32,000 bases of DNA, from contig NZ_CP007754.1 of assembly GCF_000757865.1 (NCBI RefSeq), positions 690,001-722,000 on the forward strand, written 5' to 3'. Shown piece after piece: positions 9,728 through 19,364 of this stretch; position 1 is the first letter of the stretch, and the number at the start of each line of letters is the position of its first letter. Both the position numbers and the translations under genes were made by a program. Origin of the DNA: Prochlorococcus sp. MIT 0801. Lineage in GTDB: Bacteria; Cyanobacteriota; Cyanobacteriia; PCC-6307; Cyanobiaceae. A model generated the notes under the pieces. That model saw only the letters and a program-made list of their open reading frames with translations. It was not told the origin of the DNA and searched no databases.

Positions 9728-11278
9728 CTAACTAATGAAATTGTTAGTTGAATTCTTTAACCAATAATTTTGAGAAGTGTTAAATAAAAATTCTCCTGAC
9801 ATTGTTAATAAAGAGAAAGTAGCAGTTATTATCAAGACTTGTGCCCAATTGAATGAGCTTAGTGATTCCTGTAATTGCCACCCCAATCCTACTCCTCCGA
9901 CTGCACCTATAATTGCTGTTTCCTTTAGAATTACGTCAATTCTATATGCTCCATAAGCTAAGTAACTATTACTTTGGGGGGCTAATATTCCATAAAGTGT
10001 TGCTGATTTCTTGCTTGAACCATTGCTTTTAATTGCTCGATAAATACTTTTTTCTTGATTTAGTATGTTATCTGTAAGTAATCTTCCCATTACACCCATA
10101 TGTGTAATTCCTAGTGATAATGCGGCTACAGATATATTAGGATTAGTAAAAAGAAGAATAAGTATAGTGGTCAATGGAGGAGGTATCAATCTAAAGAATA
10201 TCCAAATAAGATTCTGAACTCTTAGAGGGAATTTACCTGGGAATAATACTAGTAAAAGAGGAGGTGTCCCTATTGCAATCCCAGACGCGAAAAAAGTTAT
10301 TAAAATTGTTGTAATGATTAGTTTAAAAAGAGGTAAGGTATTAAATCCATTTCTTATCTCTACGAGTGAAGGTAAATTTAAATACGAAAAGTTTAATGGA
10401 GTAAATATCTCAAAATTTAGATTATAAAGCCAACTAATACCTAACGATAGAGATAGTGAGAATATTGATATTGAAATTAAGAAAGAATTTTTCAAACTAA
10501 TATTATCAGATAGATAACATCTTAAATATCTTATAAAATTCTCTAATAAAATCATAATTAACCAAAGCATCCACAAACAAGTCCACATTTCATTGAACTC
10601 AAAGGATTTTAAAGTTAAATATAGTTCTGTTCCTATACCTCCTAATCCAAATATTCCAAGTAATGTTACACTTCTAATTGCACATTCAAACCTGTAACTT
10701 CCATATGTAGATACGATAGGTATTAACTTTGGTATTAGAATTGTTATAAATGAGCTCATAAAATCAGATCCGGTTTTCTTAACTGCTATTAGAGGTTGTA
10801 TGTCAAAACTATCTAGTTGCTCTGAAATTACTCTTGCTGTTAAAGCTGAATAGGGAATGACTATAGATATAATTGCCACCCAAATATTCAAACCTAAAAT
10901 TTGTATAAATAGCAGGCCCCAGACTACTTCATGTATTGATCTTGGAATTGCTAATGAGTATTTTATGAATTTACCTAAATAAGAAAACTTAGGAATACTT
11001 TTCCAAAATAAATCTGTAGAAAGTACACCTAAAAGAATTCCAATAAGCATACTTATAACCCAGCTAGTTAATGCAGTAGAAATTGTTATTTGAAGTCCTT
11101 CCCATGCACTTTTAACTACTTCTTCATTGAGCGAAGGTTTTATTGCTGAGCTTATGAATAGAAATATGATATTTAGACCCCCAATATGAAATCCTTTGAT
11201 GATTTCTATTAGAATGGGAATGTAGGCTATTGATGGGATTAATGTTAATAAAGTTGATACTGGTTTTATTAATTTCAT
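9728..11278 (-). CDS. phnE: Phosphonate/phosphite ABC transporter permease, tandem-fused double PhnE
   Basis: 516 aa, about twice the usual PhnE length. Both halves carry the PhnE-type block: YRFECAIRSVTLLGIFGLGGIGTEL in the first and YRIDVILKETAIIGAVGGVGLGWQL in the second. Confidence 0.8.
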   Translation of the reverse strand: MKLIKPVSTLLTLIPSIAYIPILIEIIKGFHIGGLNIIFLFISSAIKPSLNEEVVKSAWEGLQITISTALTSWVISMLIGILLGVLSTDLFWKSIPKFSYLGKFIKYSLAIPRSIHEVVWGLLFIQILGLNIWVAIISIVIPYSALTARVISEQLDSFDIQPLIAVKKTGSDFMSSFITILIPKLIPIVSTYGSYRFECAIRSVTLLGIFGLGGIGTELYLTLKSFEFNEMWTCLWMLWLIMILLENFIRYLRCYLSDNISLKNSFLISISIFSLSLSLGISWLYNLNFEIFTPLNFSYLNLPSLVEIRNGFNTLPLFKLIITTILITFFASGIAIGTPPLLLVLFPGKFPLRVQNLIWIFFRLIPPPLTTILILLFTNPNISVAALSLGITHMGVMGRLLTDNILNQEKSIYRAIKSNGSSKKSATLYGILAPQSNSYLAYGAYRIDVILKETAIIGAVGGVGLGWQLQESLSSFNWAQVLIITATFSLLTMSGEFLFNTSQNYWLKNSTNNFIS

Positions 11279-11284
11279 TATGAA

Positions 11285-12019
11285 TTAAAATATCCAATCA
11301 AACTCTGATTTATTAATATTATGAATTTCTCTATCTATTACAATCTCTCCATCTTTTAACCCAATAACTCTATTGAAATTATTTATTAAATTAATTTGAT
11401 GAAGACTTATAAGTATTGTCTCAGGGATTTTAATTCTAAGATAATTTTTTTGATTAATAAATAAATTTAAGATATTTTTTGACAATAAAGGGTCTAAATT
11501 TGAGAAAGGTTCGTCTCCTAGAAGAATCTCTGGCTCCTGTCTCAAAAGACGTGCAATTGCTATTCTTTTTTTTTGCCCACCAGAAAGTTTATTTATATAG
11601 GAATAAATAGTTTTTTTAGGAAGAGAGACTGCTTCTAGGCATTCTTGGCATAAACCTTTATCTAAGACTCCTAGAAGATTTTTTAAAGCCCAAATGAAAT
11701 TGTGTTTACCTAGTGCACCGCAGTTTATATTCTGAGCGACATTTAGCTCTTCTATCAAAGATAAATCCTGCCATATAGTTCCTATTTTTGACGACTCAAT
11801 ATTTGAAATATTGTTAATGTGAGAACCTTTCCATAATACATCCCCTTCGTTTGGGATTAGTGATCCATTAGCGATCGATATTAATGTACTTTTGCCAGAG
11901 CCACTTTTGCCAATAAGCGCTATTTTCTCGCCTTGATTTATTGTTAAATTAATATCTTGTACTCTAATAATTTCTTTACTGCTATGGCTTATATTTTTTA
12001 ATTCTAGTAACTTAGTCAC
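11285..12019 (-). CDS. phnC: Phosphonate ABC transporter ATP-binding protein
   Basis: Walker A GKSGSGKST, signature LSGGQKKR, Walker B LLGDEP. Overlaps the phnD stop by 4 nt. Confidence 0.85.
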   Translation of the reverse strand: MTKLLELKNISHSSKEIIRVQDINLTINQGEKIALIGKSGSGKSTLISIANGSLIPNEGDVLWKGSHINNISNIESSKIGTIWQDLSLIEELNVAQNINCGALGKHNFIWALKNLLGVLDKGLCQECLEAVSLPKKTIYSYINKLSGGQKKRIAIARLLRQEPEILLGDEPFSNLDPLLSKNILNLFINQKNYLRIKIPETILISLHQINLINNFNRVIGLKDGEIVIDREIHNINKSEFDWIF

Positions 12020-12927
12020 TTAATCTTTCCAATTTTCCTACCTACCTTTTCTATTTTATTATAATTCTCGTTTGTTGATATTATAAATTTCTTTGCGCTA
12101 AATAATTCGAGAACTTGTTTTTGTTTTTTTGACTTTTCATTGAAACTTAAAAATACATTTGTAAGTTCTTTCGTAAAACCTTTTCTGAACTTTTTATCTA
12201 GGTTTCCTTGAGCAAGCCAATGATAATTATGATAAGAAGGAGTCTTCCAAATCACAAAGACTTTAGAGGGGTCCGCGCGTCCTATCTCAAGATTTCTCTT
12301 CCATACTTCTTCGCTAAGAGCACCTGCCTCATATGAACCACTTTGCACAAGCATTAATGTTGAATCGTGGCTACCACTAAAACCTGGGCTTGCACCTTTG
12401 AAATCTTTAAGTTGAACACCTGCTTTGTTTAAAAAATATTGTGGCATCAATCTTCCTGATGTTGAACTTTCAGAGCCAAAAGTAAAACGCTTACCTTTTA
12501 GTGTTTTTAAGTCGTTTATGTTATTTATCTTTTGGATTGAACTTTTCTTGTTTGCAATAAAAATACTATGGAATTTTTCATCAATATCTCTTTGTGCTAT
12601 TACCTTGGATCCTTTAATTTGAAGTCTTGCTTGTATACCTGTTAAAGCACCGAACCATACTAAATCTAAATTCCCGGTCCTAAAAGCTGTTACAGCTGCA
12701 GCATAATTAGTAACTGGTTTATAACGAACTTGAACATTGAGCTGCTCGCTTAATTCAGAGGATAATAGTTTATATAGACGATTCAGGTGCTCTGGGTTTT
12801 GATCTGGTATCGCCCCAATGCGAAGTACTTCCTCTGCTTTTAATGAACAAATATTAGATAAATTAAATATTGATAAAAGAGCAATAGCTATTTTAGTGAA
12901 CTTGATTAATTTTGATGCTTGACGCAT
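12016..12927 (-). CDS. phnD: Phosphonate/phosphite ABC transporter periplasmic binding protein
   Basis: 303 aa with an N-terminal signal-like segment. LRIGAIPDQNPE and NLDLVWFGALTG blocks are typical of PhnD. First gene of the phnDCE order. Confidence 0.85.
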   Translation of the reverse strand: MRQASKLIKFTKIAIALLSIFNLSNICSLKAEEVLRIGAIPDQNPEHLNRLYKLLSSELSEQLNVQVRYKPVTNYAAAVTAFRTGNLDLVWFGALTGIQARLQIKGSKVIAQRDIDEKFHSIFIANKKSSIQKINNINDLKTLKGKRFTFGSESSTSGRLMPQYFLNKAGVQLKDFKGASPGFSGSHDSTLMLVQSGSYEAGALSEEVWKRNLEIGRADPSKVFVIWKTPSYHNYHWLAQGNLDKKFRKGFTKELTNVFLSFNEKSKKQKQVLELFSAKKFIISTNENYNKIEKVGRKIGKIK

Positions 12928-12937
12928 TTTTTTTGAT

Positions 12938-14116
12938 TTAAAAATAATTTAAGAGTTTTTCTAACCTATCAACTCCATCGTTGATCATTTTATTTGAAGA
13001 TGCATATGAGATTCTTATGCATTTGTCATCACCGAAAGCAATACCTGGAACTATTGCTAGGCCAACCTTTTCTAGTGCCAATTTACAGAAACTTATTGAA
13101 TCGATATCCTCTAGATTAATTTCTGGGAAAACATAGAAAGCTCCACTAGGAGGGACAAAAGAAATATTTTTTATTTTTTTTAGTCTTTCTGTTATCAATA
13201 ATCTCCTTTTGTTATAAATTTCTGCCATTTCATGAACGCAATCTTTTGAGCCCTGAAGTGCGGCAATAGCTCCTTTTTGAGCAAAACTGCATACATTGCT
13301 TGTACTTTGACTTTGTAAAGCAATGGCTTTCTTTATTACCTCTGTATTTCCTGTTAGGTATCCAATCCTCCAGCCAGTCATTGCCCAAGCCTTGGCAAAA
13401 CCGTTGACTGTAAAAATTCTATTTTTTAAATCTGGTGCTATTTTTGCGAAACTGTGATGAACTTGATTTGGAGAAATAAGAAATTCATAAATTTCATCAC
13501 TCATTAAAAAAATTCTTGGATGTCTTCTTAAAAATTCAGAAATAGTATTCATTTCTTGCTCTGTTAAAACGCAGCCTGTTGGGTTGCTGGGAGAGTTGAT
13601 AATTAATAACCTTGTTTTTTCAGTTACGTTTTCTTCTAGAGAATTGATATCTATTTTGAAATTATCTTTAGTTGAAGATTTAATTTTAATTGGCTTGGCA
13701 CCAGCTAAAAGGGTTATCTCTGGATAACTAAGCCAATATGGTGAAGGTATGAGAACTTCATCTCCAGGATTTAAAACTACTTGAAATAAATTGTATATTG
13801 CTTGTTTCCCTCCATTTGTTACCAAAACATTGTCTGTGTTTGTGGGAACTTTATTAATATTTGATTGCTTTTGGGCAATGGCTTCTCTTAATTCTGGATC
13901 TCCAGCAGCAGGTCCATAACGAGTTTTTCCATCTTTTAATGCTTTTAGAGTGGCTTCGATAATAAATTCTGGGGTATCGAAATCAGGTTCTCCAGCGCTT
14001 AAACTACAAATGTTTTTTCCTTCAGCTTTTAAAGCCTTAGCTTTTGCGCTGATCTCAAGAGTTAGAGAAGGTTTTATTGAGAGAGCTCTTTTAGATATCT
14101 GTGATTTTTCAGTCAT
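12938..14116 (-). CDS. Class I/II pyridoxal-phosphate aminotransferase (aspartate aminotransferase-like)
   Basis: 392 aa. SAGEPDFDTP, INSPSNPTG and the PLP-lysine region NGFAKAWAMTGWRIGY. Its stop lies 10 nt upstream of the phnD start. Confidence 0.88.
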   Translation of the reverse strand: MTEKSQISKRALSIKPSLTLEISAKAKALKAEGKNICSLSAGEPDFDTPEFIIEATLKALKDGKTRYGPAAGDPELREAIAQKQSNINKVPTNTDNVLVTNGGKQAIYNLFQVVLNPGDEVLIPSPYWLSYPEITLLAGAKPIKIKSSTKDNFKIDINSLEENVTEKTRLLIINSPSNPTGCVLTEQEMNTISEFLRRHPRIFLMSDEIYEFLISPNQVHHSFAKIAPDLKNRIFTVNGFAKAWAMTGWRIGYLTGNTEVIKKAIALQSQSTSNVCSFAQKGAIAALQGSKDCVHEMAEIYNKRRLLITERLKKIKNISFVPPSGAFYVFPEINLEDIDSISFCKLALEKVGLAIVPGIAFGDDKCIRISYASSNKMINDGVDRLEKLLNYF

Positions 14117-14149
14117 CTTCGAAGCATAACTTCAAAATGTTTTTCTTAG

Positions 14150-14168
14150 ATTCACTTTTAAAGTGAAT
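14150..14168. promoter_or_regulatory. Perfect 19-bp palindrome ATTCACTTT-T-AAAGTGAAT in a divergent promoter region
   Basis: Nine of nine arm positions are complementary around a single central T. It lies 34 nt from the aminotransferase ATG and 40 nt from the 14208 ATG. No gene points into it, so it is not a terminator. Confidence 0.5.
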
Positions 14169-14207
14169 TGATCTAATTACAAACTTACTACTTAATCAGA
14201 TACTTGC

Positions 14208-14621
14208 ATGCCTTTGATGAACATAAACTTTGTAATTGCTTCTGAAAACCCTAAAGAATTGTCTGATTTTTATGCCAAGGTCAACTCTGACAAGGCAAAT
14301 AAAGGTTTAAATGCAACTCATTATTTTATTTCAATAAATAATCGATCCAAAATACATTTTTATCGACCTAATGAGAATCATGAATGGCAAAGGAAAGGAA
14401 ATTCAACCTCATTGTGTTTTCAAGGTGAACCTTCTGAAGATCCATCAAAAATGATTGAAAGGTGGATTTCTGAGATATTAAAAATAGGAGGTAGTGTTAT
14501 GGGTATACCAAAATTGGCAAACTTTGGGGCTGAGCAATGGATTCTTGATCCAGAAGGTAATAAATTCTTGATTTTAGTTCCGTACCTCTCAAAAGGATCA
14601 GATTTGGATGCTCTGATGTGA
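14208..14621 (+). CDS. Small hypothetical protein, possibly of the glyoxalase/VOC fold
   Basis: 137-aa ORF. The fold guess rests only on size and a beta-alpha-beta-like pattern. The stop overlaps the next gene's start (ATGTGA/GTG). Confidence 0.4.
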   Translation: MPLMNINFVIASENPKELSDFYAKVNSDKANKGLNATHYFISINNRSKIHFYRPNENHEWQRKGNSTSLCFQGEPSEDPSKMIERWISEILKIGGSVMGIPKLANFGAEQWILDPEGNKFLILVPYLSKGSDLDALM

Positions 14622-15181
14622 ATAAAAATAGCGCGTCTGATAAAGACTTTTCTGAAGTTTGTAATTTAAGCAATTCCATAAACAAAATCGTTGTATCCAG
14701 GGGTAACCCTTTCGCTAAGTTAATGATTATTGGAGAAGCTCCAGGAGCAAAGGAGGAGGAGATAGGAGAGCCTTTTGTAGGAAGGTCTGGAAAATTACTT
14801 GATAAATTGCTTCAAAATGCTGGAATTGACATTAACAAAGATGTTTATTTTTGCAACGTGGTCAAATGTAGACCACCCCAAAATAGACGCCCAACAAAGA
14901 TTGAAATACAAGAAAATCTTCCTTGGTTGTATCAACAAATAAAACTTGTAAACCCCAGAGTAATAGTCCTAGTTGGAGCAACAGCATTAGAAGCTATTTT
15001 GAAAATTAAGTCTCGTATTAGTATCCTCAGGGGTGAATGGATTAATTGGGAGGGCAAACTTGTAATGCCTGTCTTCCATCCATCTTATTTAATTAGGAAT
15101 CCATCTAAAGAGGAAGGAAAACCAATGAGTCTGACTAAATCTGATTTTTTAAAAATTAAGGAAAAAATTGATTTTTTATAA
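14618..15181 (+). CDS. Family 4 uracil-DNA glycosylase
   Basis: Motif A GEAPGAKEEEIGEPFVGRSG, motif B HPSYLIRN. GTG start overlaps the upstream ORF by 4 nt. Confidence 0.88.
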   Translation: MNKNSASDKDFSEVCNLSNSINKIVVSRGNPFAKLMIIGEAPGAKEEEIGEPFVGRSGKLLDKLLQNAGIDINKDVYFCNVVKCRPPQNRRPTKIEIQENLPWLYQQIKLVNPRVIVLVGATALEAILKIKSRISILRGEWINWEGKLVMPVFHPSYLIRNPSKEEGKPMSLTKSDFLKIKEKIDFL

Positions 15182-15233
15182 TAGCCCTTAAATATGTCAT
15201 CCTTATTTATTAAAGAGGCTCAATTGTTAACTC

Positions 15234-16457
15234 ATGATTGCGACCCTGGCAAAGAATATGGAAGGAAATAATCTCTCTCAGCGATATAGCACCAGAATTA
15301 TTCGTAGAGATACTAGGCCAGTAATGGTCGGTGATATTGGCATCGGTGGAGATAATCCAGTGCGTGTTCAATCAATGATTAATGAAGATACGATGGATAT
15401 CCAGGGGGCAACGGCCGCAATAAGGAGATTGCATGAAGTTGGATGTGAGATTGTCAGATTAACAGTTCCAACTCTTGCAAGTGCAAAAGCTGTGGGGGAA
15501 ATCAAGAAACTTCTAGCTAGCACTTATCAACCAGTTCCTTTGGTAGCGGATGTTCACCATAATGGAATGAAAATAGCTTTAGAAGTAGCTAAGCATGTAG
15601 ATAAAGTTCGTATCAACCCTGGATTATTCGTTTTTGAAAAACCTGATCCCAATAGAACTGAATTTACTAAAGATGAAATTGATGCAATTAAAGAGAAGAT
15701 CATACAAAAATTCCAACCAATTGTTAATACTCTTAAAGAGCAAAATAAGGCACTCAGAATAGGCGTTAATCATGGCTCTTTGTCTGAAAGAATGTTATTT
15801 GCTTATGGAGATACTCCATTTGGAATGGTTGAATCAGCTATGGAATTTATTCGAATATGTCATTCATTAGATTTTCATAATATTGTAATTTCGATGAAGG
15901 CTTCTCGAGCTCCCGTGATGCTTGCAGCTTATAGAATGATGGCTGACACAATGGACAAAGAGGGATTTAATTATCCTCTGCATTTGGGTGTAACGGAAGC
16001 GGGAGATGGGGATTATGGAAGAATTAAAAGTACAGTAGGGATAGGCACATTATTATCCGAAGGTATTGGAGATACCATTAGAGTCTCTTTAACAGAGGCA
16101 CCCGAAAAAGAAATACCAGTTGCATATTCAATTTTACAAGCGGTTGGTTTGAGAAAAACCATGGTTGAATATATTAGTTGTCCTAGTTGTGGTAGAACAT
16201 TATTTAATTTAGAGGAAGTTGTAGCAAGAGTTAGAGACGCTACTCAACATTTAACGGGTTTGGATATTGCTGTAATGGGTTGCATAGTTAATGGGCCTGG
16301 AGAGATGGCAGATGCTGATTATGGTTATGTAGGGAAAGGCGTTGGAACCATTGCTCTTTATAGGAATAGAGATGAAATTAAGAGGGTACCTGAGGATGAA
16401 GGTGTTCAGGCATTGGTTGATTTAATTAAAGAGGATGGTAAATGGGTAGATCCTTAA
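15234..16457 (+). CDS. ispG: 4-hydroxy-3-methylbut-2-enyl diphosphate synthase (MEP pathway)
   Basis: 407 aa. RVQSM, VADVHHN, and the Fe-S ligand region CPSCGR...GCIVNGPGE. Confidence 0.94.
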   Translation: MIATLAKNMEGNNLSQRYSTRIIRRDTRPVMVGDIGIGGDNPVRVQSMINEDTMDIQGATAAIRRLHEVGCEIVRLTVPTLASAKAVGEIKKLLASTYQPVPLVADVHHNGMKIALEVAKHVDKVRINPGLFVFEKPDPNRTEFTKDEIDAIKEKIIQKFQPIVNTLKEQNKALRIGVNHGSLSERMLFAYGDTPFGMVESAMEFIRICHSLDFHNIVISMKASRAPVMLAAYRMMADTMDKEGFNYPLHLGVTEAGDGDYGRIKSTVGIGTLLSEGIGDTIRVSLTEAPEKEIPVAYSILQAVGLRKTMVEYISCPSCGRTLFNLEEVVARVRDATQHLTGLDIAVMGCIVNGPGEMADADYGYVGKGVGTIALYRNRDEIKRVPEDEGVQALVDLIKEDGKWVDP

Positions 16458-16510
16458 AAATAGAATATATTTTTTTATTGTTTTAGTATTAGAAAAGTTA
16501 TTTGATAATT

Positions 16511-17815
16511 ATGTTGAAGAGATTTTTAAAAATATGTTTACTTATAGCTATTTGCCCTTCACCTTCTTTTTCTTTCCAGGCTAATTCCTCTACTTTGATT
16601 ACTAACAATCCAAAGGAGATTATTGATCAGGTATGGCAAATTATATATCGCGATTTTTTGGACTATTCAGGGAAATATAAGCCAGAAGATTGGATTAAAT
16701 TAAGAAAGGAAATACTATCAACTAAATATTTTGATAATGACGAAGCATATATTGCCATTAAGGACATGTTGACAGAATTAGATGATCCTTATACCAGATT
16801 TTTAGATCCTAAAGAATTCAATGAAATGAGAATAGATACAACGGGTGAATTGATGGGAGTAGGTATTCAAATTTCTCTAGATGAAGTTACTAATCAAATT
16901 GTTGTTGTATCACCAATAGAGGGAACTCCAGCCTTCCTCGCAGGAATCAAACCGAACGATATAATCGTATCTATAGATGGTAAGCCTGTCGAAGGTCTGA
17001 GCATAGACAGTACTGTTAAACTTATTCGAGGTAAAAAAGGAACGAAGGTTGAACTAGGTATTATTAGAGACGAGGAGTTATTAAATATCTCATTAATACG
17101 AGATAGAATTGAAATTAATGTAGTTGATAGTCGAATAAATAATACAGTTTCTGGAGCAAAAATTGGTTACGTAAGGTTAAAACAATTCAATGCAAGATCT
17201 CCTAAAGAAATGAGTTTATCGATTAATAAATTAGAAAAACAACAACCTTTTGGTTATGTATTAGATCTTAGAAGTAATCCTGGTGGTTTGCTTGAGGCAA
17301 GTATTGAAATAGCGAGACAATGGATAAATACAGGAATTATTGTTAGTACTAAAACAAAAGATGGAATTACTGATGTTAGGAAAGCTAAAAGTAGAGCCTT
17401 AACTAACAGACCAGTTGTGGTTTTAATCGATGAAGGATCTGCGAGTGCTAGCGAGATTCTCTCTGGAGCAATTAAAGATAATAAAAGAGGAGTATTGGTT
17501 GGGAAAAAGACTTTTGGTAAGGGACTAGTTCAGTCTGTCAGGTCTCTTTCTGATGGCTCAGGTCTAACAGTTACGGTCGCAAAATATTTAACACCAAGTG
17601 GTAAAGATATTAATAAAAATGGCATAGAACCAGATGTTAGAGTTGATCTTTTGTTAAATGAAAGAAATAAATTAACAAATTCAGATATAGGAACTTTAAA
17701 AGATAGTCAATATGTTGCGGCTGAAAAGTTATTACTTAAAAAGTTTAAAATTGGCAGTAATAAAAATTCTTATAACCCCTTGAAATCAAATTTGGGTTAT
17801 GCCCTGAAAAACTAG
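16511..17815 (+). CDS. ctpA: Carboxyl-terminal processing peptidase (S41 family, PDZ domain)
   Basis: The track starts at TTG 16502. ATG 16511 gives the signal-like MLKRFLKICLLIAICPSPSFSF. Catalytic Ser block GSASASEIL and Lys block TFGKGLVQ. Confidence 0.92.
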   Translation: MLKRFLKICLLIAICPSPSFSFQANSSTLITNNPKEIIDQVWQIIYRDFLDYSGKYKPEDWIKLRKEILSTKYFDNDEAYIAIKDMLTELDDPYTRFLDPKEFNEMRIDTTGELMGVGIQISLDEVTNQIVVVSPIEGTPAFLAGIKPNDIIVSIDGKPVEGLSIDSTVKLIRGKKGTKVELGIIRDEELLNISLIRDRIEINVVDSRINNTVSGAKIGYVRLKQFNARSPKEMSLSINKLEKQQPFGYVLDLRSNPGGLLEASIEIARQWINTGIIVSTKTKDGITDVRKAKSRALTNRPVVVLIDEGSASASEILSGAIKDNKRGVLVGKKTFGKGLVQSVRSLSDGSGLTVTVAKYLTPSGKDINKNGIEPDVRVDLLLNERNKLTNSDIGTLKDSQYVAAEKLLLKKFKIGSNKNSYNPLKSNLGYALKN

Positions 17816-18381
17816 CTTAACTTGTCAATTCTCCTATATCCATACCAGTCAGGAATGATTTTTTCGTCTCTTTTCTGAACGTCTGGGATCAGCTTTATTA
17901 CCCAATTCTTTATTTTTATAGGATGCAAATCGTCCACCTGCTCAATATAATTTATATCTGAGTAGTCATCATTATGTTTATTTTTTAAAGTTGTTTCCCA
18001 ATTCTTTTTGGCTTTTTTCTTTGCCTCAATAGCTTTTTGTGCGACAACTAGTTTGAATTCATGTTCTTCATACATCTTTTTAGGATTGTACCCACCTAGA
18101 TTAACAAACCAAAGTTTTAAGTCTTCTATTTTGGGTGAATTTAAATTATCTTTATTAGATTTAGAAATGATTATTTGATAGCCATCTATATATTTAATAC
18201 ACTTATAACTATCAATATGGAGTCCTCTTTTTTTCCCTAACCATTGTTTCCTAAGCTCAGGGAATGTATCCTCTATTGTTTCACCTAAAACCCATCTTAC
18301 ATCGTGTATTTCTATATTACTTTTTAGACTTCTTCCCCCTAAAACAACAATAAAAAGAGATAAATTCACTCTTGAAATCAA
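17812..18381 (-). CDS. Hypothetical protein with two internal repeats (DUF1543-like, from memory)
   Basis: 189 aa. The two halves begin LFIVVLGGR...IEIHDVRWV and LWFVNLGGYNP...EEHEFKLV. The start overlaps the nadA stop by 4 nt. The stop overlaps the convergent ctpA stop by 4 nt (CTAG). Confidence 0.5.
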   Translation of the reverse strand: MISRVNLSLFIVVLGGRSLKSNIEIHDVRWVLGETIEDTFPELRKQWLGKKRGLHIDSYKCIKYIDGYQIIISKSNKDNLNSPKIEDLKLWFVNLGGYNPKKMYEEHEFKLVVAQKAIEAKKKAKKNWETTLKNKHNDDYSDINYIEQVDDLHPIKIKNWVIKLIPDVQKRDEKIIPDWYGYRRIDKLS

Positions 18382-19364
18382 TTACTCATATCAAGCATTT
18401 TTTTCAGTGGCTTATAGGCCATTGATCTAATTTGTTCGTCCATGTGCAACTCCGGATTCATTTCTTTTAGGCAATTTAATACTTTTTCTAAGGTATTCAT
18501 TCTCATGTATGGGCATTCATTACAACTACAACCATCTAGTCCAGGTACTTCGATATATGTCTTTAAAGGGTCTTTTATTCTCATTTGATGAATTATGCCT
18601 GGCTCAGTTAGCACGATGAATTTATCTTTTTTACTATTTTGAGAATAGTCCAGCAATTTGCTTGTTGAACCAATGAAATCTGCTAAATCTAAAAGATTCT
18701 CTTGACATTCAGGATGGGCAAGAACTTCAGCGGTTGGATTTTTGATTTTTAATTTTATAAGCGATTCTTCATTAAAAGTTTCATGGACGAGACATCTGCC
18801 TGGCCACAAGGTTAATTTTCTGCCACTTTGACGTTCAACCCATCTGCCAAGATTTCTATCTGGTGCAAATAAAATAGGTAAATCTTTGGGTAATTTGTTT
18901 ACCAGATCAACGGCATTACTACTAGTACAAATTAGGTCACTTTTTGCCTTCACCGCTGCACTGCAATTTACATAGCTAATAGCAAAATGATCAGGATGCT
19001 TGTCTAAGAATTTTTGGAAGTCATCAGGTTGGCAATCATCTGCGAGTGTGCATCCAGCATCAAAATCAGGAAGAAGAACAGTCTTCTTTGGACTCAAGAT
19101 CTTTGCTGTCTCAGCCATGAAATGAACTCCACAAAAAACAATGACGTCTGCATTTGTTTCAGAAGCTTTTCTGGATAACTCAAGAGAATCTCCAATAAAA
19201 TCTGCAATATCCTGTATCGCAGGCTCTTGGTAGTAATGAGCAAGAATTATAGCGTTTCTTTTTTTACGCAAAAAATTGATCTCATCAATGAGATTTTTGC
19301 TTTTATTTGAGACTGATGTATCAGTCTTGTAATAGGAAACAGTAGTAATTAGTTTCCAATTCAA
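18378..19364 (-). CDS. nadA: Quinolinate synthase A
   Basis: 328 aa. AIILAHYYQ, HFMAETAKIL, and the cysteine cluster CSCNECPYM. The only usable start is TTG (complement of 19362-19364). Confidence 0.92.
   Translation of the reverse strand: MNWKLITTVSYYKTDTSVSNKSKNLIDEINFLRKKRNAIILAHYYQEPAIQDIADFIGDSLELSRKASETNADVIVFCGVHFMAETAKILSPKKTVLLPDFDAGCTLADDCQPDDFQKFLDKHPDHFAISYVNCSAAVKAKSDLICTSSNAVDLVNKLPKDLPILFAPDRNLGRWVERQSGRKLTLWPGRCLVHETFNEESLIKLKIKNPTAEVLAHPECQENLLDLADFIGSTSKLLDYSQNSKKDKFIVLTEPGIIHQMRIKDPLKTYIEVPGLDGCSCNECPYMRMNTLEKVLNCLKEMNPELHMDEQIRSMAYKPLKKMLDMSN

Noticed and set aside
12425-12622. Plus-strand 65-aa ORF inside phnD
   Set aside because: Antisense shadow of phnD.
14497-14685. 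Minus-strand 62-aa ORF across the VOC-like/UDG junction
   Set aside because: It is antisense to two coupled plus-strand genes and has no motifs.
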